64,000 bases of DNA, taken from NCBI GenBank assembly GCA_964016885.1, contig OZ024762.1, positions 28,024,001 through 28,088,000 on the forward strand, in the 5' to 3' direction. Numbering within the stretch: position 1 is the first letter of the stretch; each line of letters opens with the position of its first letter. The position numbers were made by a program, and so were the translations under genes. The DNA is from Eledone cirrhosa (taxonomy: Eukaryota). The notes below the pieces were generated by a model, which saw only the letters and a program-made list of their open reading frames with translations, was not told the DNA's origin and did not search any database. Below, piece by piece: positions 57,093-64,000 of the stretch.

Positions 57093-60000
57093 CTAGCAGT
57101 TTAGCCCGGCGTTGCTCGGGTTTGTTCATTTGCTATGAAAAGTTACATACAGGTAAATGTGGCTTGAAAGCGAATAAGCTTATCAATTAAGTGCATAAAT
57201 CAGTTGAACCGGTTATTAAAAGTTACGAACCAATTAGCATTTTGGACAATCAATGATGGGTTAATAATCTTCCAATAGCGAATTTAGTAGACCAAAGTTG
57301 CAAGATGGTGGCCCTGATGCCGCTGGATGTCAGGTCTGTCCGCCATGGGTGACCCTACCAGTATTCCAGATGGCATAGCTCCAACACCTCCAACACCTGC
57401 ACCAACATCTATAGCACCTCTTTGTAGATAATATTGTGTGTCATCCCTTGAGGAGTGTAAGCAAGAAGTCCATTCCTGCTCCCTACGTAGGAACAGGCAA
57501 CATAAAGTTGGCCATGGGAGAAGCATGGCTCCCCAAAATGGATGTCCACCACCAACAATGTTTGCCCTTGTGACTTGTTAATGGACATGATCTCACCGGG
57601 AATTGGGATCGCCGGAAATCGAACTGGATATCTGACGCCGAGGTGAAAAGGTTCATCCTTGGAATGAAAACATTCTCCCCTCTCCTGCACCCCGTTACAA
57701 TGGTGGCCTCAATCAAGTGGGGCGTCAGTGACTTGACGACCATGCGAGTATCGTTGCACTGCTTTGGTGGACGCAAGTTCCTTATTAGCATAATGGGACA
57801 GCCAACCCTAAGTTTAAGAATGTGAGGTGGGAGCTCTGGGGGCTCAAGGGAATTTAATAATTCAACCGGATATTTAACGATATCGTCGGGGTCTGACATC
57901 CGGTCGATAGATTTGAAGATGTGCTCTTTACCGGGAATCTTCTTAATCAGCTGCTCGTTAAGGATGGCTCTTTCGCTGAGCCAATTGAGGTTTTTAAAGT
58001 TAGATGAGACATTAGAAAAAACTGCTTCCCAAAGGTCAGAAGGGCTGCTCACAATGTTGCACAGGGAGTCGATTGCTATGCTGCCCTTGTCATCCGCAGG
58101 GAGCTTGCCCTCACCAAGTGCTAAAATGTTCTGAGCAAATGCTGCAGACATGTTGTCACCATGCAAATGAGCACGCATTTTTGTGCTCAGGTACAAACTC
58201 TTCACCTGGAGCCACAACATGGACGACTTAAAACAGGCACACACTTCACCAGCTCTTGTCCCTTTGGGTATGACAGGCAGCGTTTGCCGAAAATCTGCTG
58301 ATAGCCGAAGGGTTACGCCACCCATAGGAGCCGTAGAATGCCTAATGTCTTTCAGGGTCCTGTCCAATGCCTCAAGGGCACCCTTGTGTGCCATTGTGCA
58401 CTCATCCCAAACAATGAGGCAACATTTTTTGAGAACCAGAGCTTCGTGTGAACTCTTGCTGATATTGCATGTTGGTGTCTCAGTTTTTACTAAATCCAAG
58501 GGGAGTTTAAAGGTTGAATGTGCTATCCTGCCTCCCGGCAGCAAAGTAGCAGCGATCCCGGACGATGCAACGGCCAACGCAATTTTTTTCTCCTGATGAA
58601 TCTTAGCGAGAATCAATTTTGTTACAAAAGTTTTTCCGGTACCCCCAGGAGCATCGAGAAAGTAAATACCCCAGTCTGATTTTGAACCGCATCAATGATA
58701 GTTAATTAGTCAACCTTTGGTCCGACAGAAGTTTGGGCTCATTTTCCTCTAAGTATTGGGAAAGAGATTCGATGTCATATGCTGTTTCCCGCAACAAATC
58801 TGGGGCCAACGTGTTAGCTTCCGCTCTGATGGTTGACGGCAAGCCATATGTCGCCAACTCACTCCCACCCATGTCGAGGAGGCCGTCCTCAATATCAATG
58901 AGTGCCCTGTTGTAGATAATGTCGCTGTAACCAACTTCCACTGAAGTATACTGCAGACAAGCCAGGCGCAGGAAGTCCTCAGACATGAAGTCTCTGTACT
59001 TGACCCATAAAGATTTGGGATCACCCAATTCACACTTTTAAAGTAAAATGGCAAAGAGTTCCCGTAGACCTTTAGGTGATTTCAACAAAGCACCCTCCGC
59101 TAAAGTGGAATCCCATTGCGAATCATCTTCCAAAAGACCACGCTTGAAGCAGGCTTCCCGGTACGTATCACATATTTCTCCATCAACAGTTTTGAGGTCC
59201 TGAAAACTTTGTGGGCCCACAACTTCATGCAGAAGAAGGCGGAGATGAAAGCACTCATGCTGACTTAGGGGCACAGTGTAAACCCTTCCAAGACAGCTGT
59301 CAAATTTTACATCAGGATGTCTTTCAACAGCCTGACCTGACTTTCTTCGCACCCTAGTGTTCGACCATATAAAGTAGGATGGAACCTGGGGGCACACAAT
59401 TGTTTGCACAAATGTATCGAACTGGCAAAGTTTGAAGAAACCCGTCAGAGTGGTCTCTTTCGGATCGGCGGCCAACTTGTTGGTGGTTTGGTCCGTAAAG
59501 TAAACCTTTTGCCCATTTTCCAAATGTACCACAAGCTGTACGATGGCGGGGTGCCGTTGGTGTAGGGGTAAACCAAATAAGCAGCAAAAAGCTTCATTGC
59601 TACTGATGTACTGCCCCGCTAGGTATTCTGTGACCTCGTCCCTGCTATTTTCAGCTTGAAATGCGAACATTGCGGCATCAGAGCCCTTATTTACATATTT
59701 GCATATGTATTTTATCGACTTGACGGAGTTGCAAAACTCAACGTTGATGTGGGTGTTGAACATCTTCAAGAGAAGCGGCCAGTAAGGGACCACCCATCTA
59801 TTGTCGACTTGACCTCCCCTTACTGTTGTGGTGAAGCCAAATGAAGCTGTCTATGGCATTTGAATTGATTTTATCAGCTAACCAAATCAAAATGTGAGCA
59901 TGTGGCAGCCCTCGTTTTTGCCATTCGACGGTGAACATGTCACATTTTACAGCCCCAAATGCCTGACTCTTTTTGATTAAAACCATGAGTTTAGCCAGTT

Positions 60001-60377
60001 TCAGTCTGAACACTCTGGCAATAATTTTCTGTTCGAATAATTTTGCCCAGGTAAACGTTCATGGGTTACATTCTGATTCATATGTCTATAGCATTAATCT
60101 GTTATATGAAGTGTTATTTTCTGGGTTGTTATTTGCAATAAGCCGATTGGAAATGCCCCAGATAAGCCGTATGTCAATACGGAACGCTCCACTAGTATTG
60201 TCATATAGGGAGTGAAGAGCGACAGAGAGAGTAAAGCAGTTAAATTATAGAGAGGGGGAATGATCATGATCGATTTTTGCAATAATTGTCCCGACTTTGA
60301 ATAGAATCCGTTGGAAATTGTGGACGTGAATCCGTTACAAACCTTAACACACACATCCTCAGATTTATATATATAGA
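57093..60377 (-). mobile_element. Internally deleted Helitron with both termini (Rep/PIF1 remnants)
   Basis: 5' TC at 60377 and 3' hairpin cccgagcaacgccggg + CTAG at 57093, inserted between A and T. Motifs VEWQKRGLPHAHIL, YICKYVNKG, ASSGIAATLL, DECTM, DFRQ and FSHGQLYVA. Confidence 0.9.
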
Positions 60378-60497
60378 TGACATTAAATGACATTGAACAT
60401 AAATGATAACTCTGTCAAAACTCACAATACAGATCAAAGGACACCAATGTCCGAATCATTTACGTCGCTTATTGATAGCATTAAAGATGTGCATACA

Positions 60498-63400
60498 TCA
60501 GCTCAAAGCTTCATTATAGACAATATTTAGGTTTGTTCCTCTGTTAGTGGTATCAATTGCAAATTTTATACCATCAGGATTGCACACTCGAGATGCAGCA
60601 ACATAGAGTTGCCCATGGCTGAATGCTGGATCATTCAAGTAGACACCGACTCGCTTGAAAGTCTGTCCCTGTGCCTTGTTGACAGTCATGGAGAAGGCCA
60701 AATTGACGGGAAACTGTCTCCTTTACCAAATAAATGGCAGCAGATCTTCACTTGGTCTCAGCATGATCCTCGGAATGAGAACCGATGCCTCTCTGCCTGG
60801 GAGTTTAGCTTCTAAAACTCTTCCGTTAATCAATCTCTCAACAATCAATCTGGTACCATTGCAAAGACCCATTTTATGATTGATATTTCTAAGCAATATA
60901 ATCGGCAAACCCTTTTTCAACCTCAAATATGTGGGGGAAATCCGGGTATTCGAAGTGAATTCAGATACTGTCGGAACATCCATACTGTTCTGCTGATTAG
61001 GCTCCATTGCATCCCCACTGACGGTCAACCATTCCTCTCCAGGAAACATTCCGGCTACGTGTGAATTTATTTCATCGACCGTTGCATTCGTATGAGTTAG
61101 AATAACACGTTCCGATATCCAGGAGATATTCTGCCAAAAAGCATTCAAATTAGGGAACACCCACTCAATCAATGCTTGGCGGTCCAGTGGCATGACCAAA
61201 TGGTCTGGGATTCTTACAGTCTGATTATCACCGTGTGGCAATTCATCGTTTCCCAACTGCATCAACCATCGGCCGTATGTCTCAGCCTCTTCGTTTTGCC
61301 CGAACATACGAAGTCGCATATTATTGTGTAATCGCAAAACTGTGAAATGGCGCCACAATGGGGACTTTTTCAGACATGCATCGACAATTTGCGCTCTTTG
61401 AGCATTCCTAACAATTGGTAGCACCTGTCTGAAATCGCCAGCAAGAATGATAGTCTTACCACCGAATGGCAGGTCACTACTGCAGATATGTCAAAGTTCT
61501 GTCCAATGTCTCCAGCAAATATCTGTGCGCCATTGGAGCCTCGTCCCAAATAATCAGAGACGTATTGCGTATAAGGCCCGCGAGTTCACTGTCCTGTAAT
61601 GTTACAGACACTCAACTCATCCGGAGCCAATGGAGCCTTGAAGCATGAGTGGAAGGTCCTTCCACCACTCAGCAAAGTGGCAGCGATCCCACTGGTGGCC
61701 ACAGGGAGAGCAATCTTCCTCTGAGCTCTGACTGCCGATAACATAGTGTTGAAACAGAATGTCATTCCGGTGCCTCCTGGAGCATCTATGAAAGCACAAA
61801 GTTGCTCATTAGTGGAAATCGAGTGGAGAACGCCATCGACCAACTCTCTCTGAGATTGGGTCAACATTGGCATATGTTCATCCACAATATGCTGCTGTTC
61901 CAGTGGATCAAACTGGAATAGTTCCCTCCAATCTCATGTTCAATGCTAAGACACGTTGCCGAATTTCTTCATCAGGAATTGGCAAATTGAAATCTGTTAA
62001 ACATTTGAAATGAACTTCAAGCAGTTGCTCAATATTGAGCAAAACAATAGCTTTCATCAAATTTTCATCATCGACCTGAAGATGATGCCTAAAATCATCA
62101 GCTATAATTCCCCAATGGCGTTCAAATAACTCTCTTGGATCGGCAGGATTGCAGAATCCTAGAATCGTGACAAACAACTGCCTTATTTGAGTTGGCGTCT
62201 GTGTTGTTCCTGCACTTCCATGGCGTTATTCCATTCAGCGTCATCCTGAAGGAGTCCCAGATGCTGACACACAGCCTGGTATGTTTCATATTCCACACCA
62301 TTGATTGTTTTCAAATCAGCGAAGCTCTGTTTACCTCTCGAAAAATCACTATGCAACAGAATTCGGAGATAAAACACATCACCAGATGCTGGATGGACAT
62401 TACAAACCCGTCCAATAGTTATGAATCTCAACTTTTGTTTTCTATCATTCCATTTCTTTCCCTTCTTATCCCACGTATAGTGCGAAGGGAAATCGCAGTA
62501 GAGCTGCCTTTGATCCGGGTTCAAAGCATGTTCTCTATTATGCTTGAACCACTCAGTCAATTCCGTCTTAGGAGGTGGTGCGTTAGCAATTCTTTCGACA
62601 CCTCTTCTAGTGTTCTGAAAACAGACCATTTGCCTATTCTCTAAGTGAACCGTCAGTTTCTGAACGCTGGGTTTGCGTTTATTGAGATCAAAATCGAACA
62701 ATCTCCAGCAAGCTTCGCTAGATCCAATCGAGCGAACATCCTGGAACCTGCCAACTTGATCTCCTTGGTTCGCTTCCTCATTCCTGACATTCATCATTGT
62801 CCGATCATGACCTTTGTAAACATATTTGAATAGATAGTTGCAAGCTTTCACTGAGCTACAAATTTCCACATTAATATGACAACGATATTTCATAATCAAA
62901 TATGGATTGTATGGCACAACCCATTGATTTGTAACCTGTCGACTGTTCACATTTTCGACCAAACCGCCATCGGCAGGCGACCGTCTTCTGTATGAGGGAT
63001 GAGCATCCCCATCATTCCAGGAAGTGTTTGTGACAAAAGATTTCGGAAAGTGCTTACTGCATTGACCATTTTTTATGCAAGGCGCTTTCCAATTTGCCAC
63101 TCCGCATTGGTTGTGCACCATTGACTTTGCCACCAAGTTGCGTAGTGCTTCACTCTCCGGGAGTTCAGCACACACAATGCTGTCGACATCCTCAGCACAT
63201 CTCAATTTGCAATCTTTATGTAAAATGATCAGCAAATGTGCATGTGGCAATCCTCTTTTTTGGAATTCAATTACGTATGTAAAAGCAACTATACCTCCAA
63301 AGATTCCCTCTTTTTCCACATCATCCATTATCTTTTTCAGATATCCTTTGAATACTCTTGCCACAATATCAGGACGGTCCTTTGGCTGTTGTCCTGGCAA

Positions 63401-63991
63401 AAGTGCATCCTTAATATTAGTCCATTCAGGATTGCATGTAACCGTTATAAACAAATCTGGCTTTCCAAACTTTCTGACAATAGCCATTGCATCCTGATAG
63501 CGAATGTTCATATATCTCGGGCCGCCGATGAACAGCAATGGCAAAATGATGCGTCGACCAATTTGCTTGTAATTGGCATCATCGGCTGTTATCGCATCCT
63601 GTATATTATTATACAATTCAGCTCTGATATGTTGCTGATGTGTAGCTATATAATTTAGCCTTTGATTTTCCATCTTTGCGAATGCCATACAACAGTATTC
63701 CTGGAACAATCTGCTGGCTTGAAATAGCGCATTTCTCTGTTGATTCCTCTCATTCAAAGGGAACGCGTAAAAGTCACGGATCGAATTATTGTGTCTATTG
63801 CCACCTCCCTGTTGATGCTGATTCTCATGATCATCTAAATGAACAGACATGTTCCATTCATTTTTGCCTTTTGGGAATAAAAGAACATAATGCAATGGAG
63901 CGTATGCCCTATTTGACTCATTGATAGTCTTGAGACCACCATCTCTGCGATTGAGGGGCATTATATCGCCGTTCGTGTTGATTCTTGGCAA
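60498..63991 (-). pseudogene. Helitron Rep-helicase (HUH Rep + PIF1 helicase), fragmented and continuing beyond the window
   Basis: FITVTCNP, EFQKRGLPHAHLL, YLFKYVYKG, DAPGGTG, ATSGIAATLL, LCNGTRL and KAQGQT..FSHGQLYVAASR across ORFs 62183-63991, 61908-62177, 61586-61885, 60723-61424 and 60498-60701. Confidence 0.93.
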
Positions 63992-64000
63992 TGCGTCAGC

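Overview
Eukaryotic, AT-rich, repeat-saturated window with a 200-N assembly gap at 20046-20245. The repeat families suggest a cephalopod (Octopus-like) genome, which is an inference. No host gene exon could be supported. The window is a mosaic of transposable elements inserted in long (TA)n-type microsatellites. It holds two near-full-length RTE LINEs with a C4HC3 PHD-finger motif inside the reverse transcriptase, a CR1-type LINE with an uninterrupted 981-codon ORF2, and a Penelope-like element (RT + GIY-YIG, Naiad-like linker) with an inverted pseudo-LTR plus several PLE remnants. Also present are a DD37D (maT-type) Tc1/mariner, nested Helitrons, tRNA-derived SINEs, minisatellites and a 2-2.6 kb tandem block. 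The strongest signal absent from the ORF track is a set of minimal type I hammerhead ribozymes: seven well formed and about six weaker or degenerate. They come from several unrelated sequence families, and the well-formed ones all have a palindromic stem III. One sits in a ~470 bp non-coding element bounded by hairpins, whose terminal hairpin covaries across three copies. All ribozyme folds were read by eye and need computational and biochemical confirmation.
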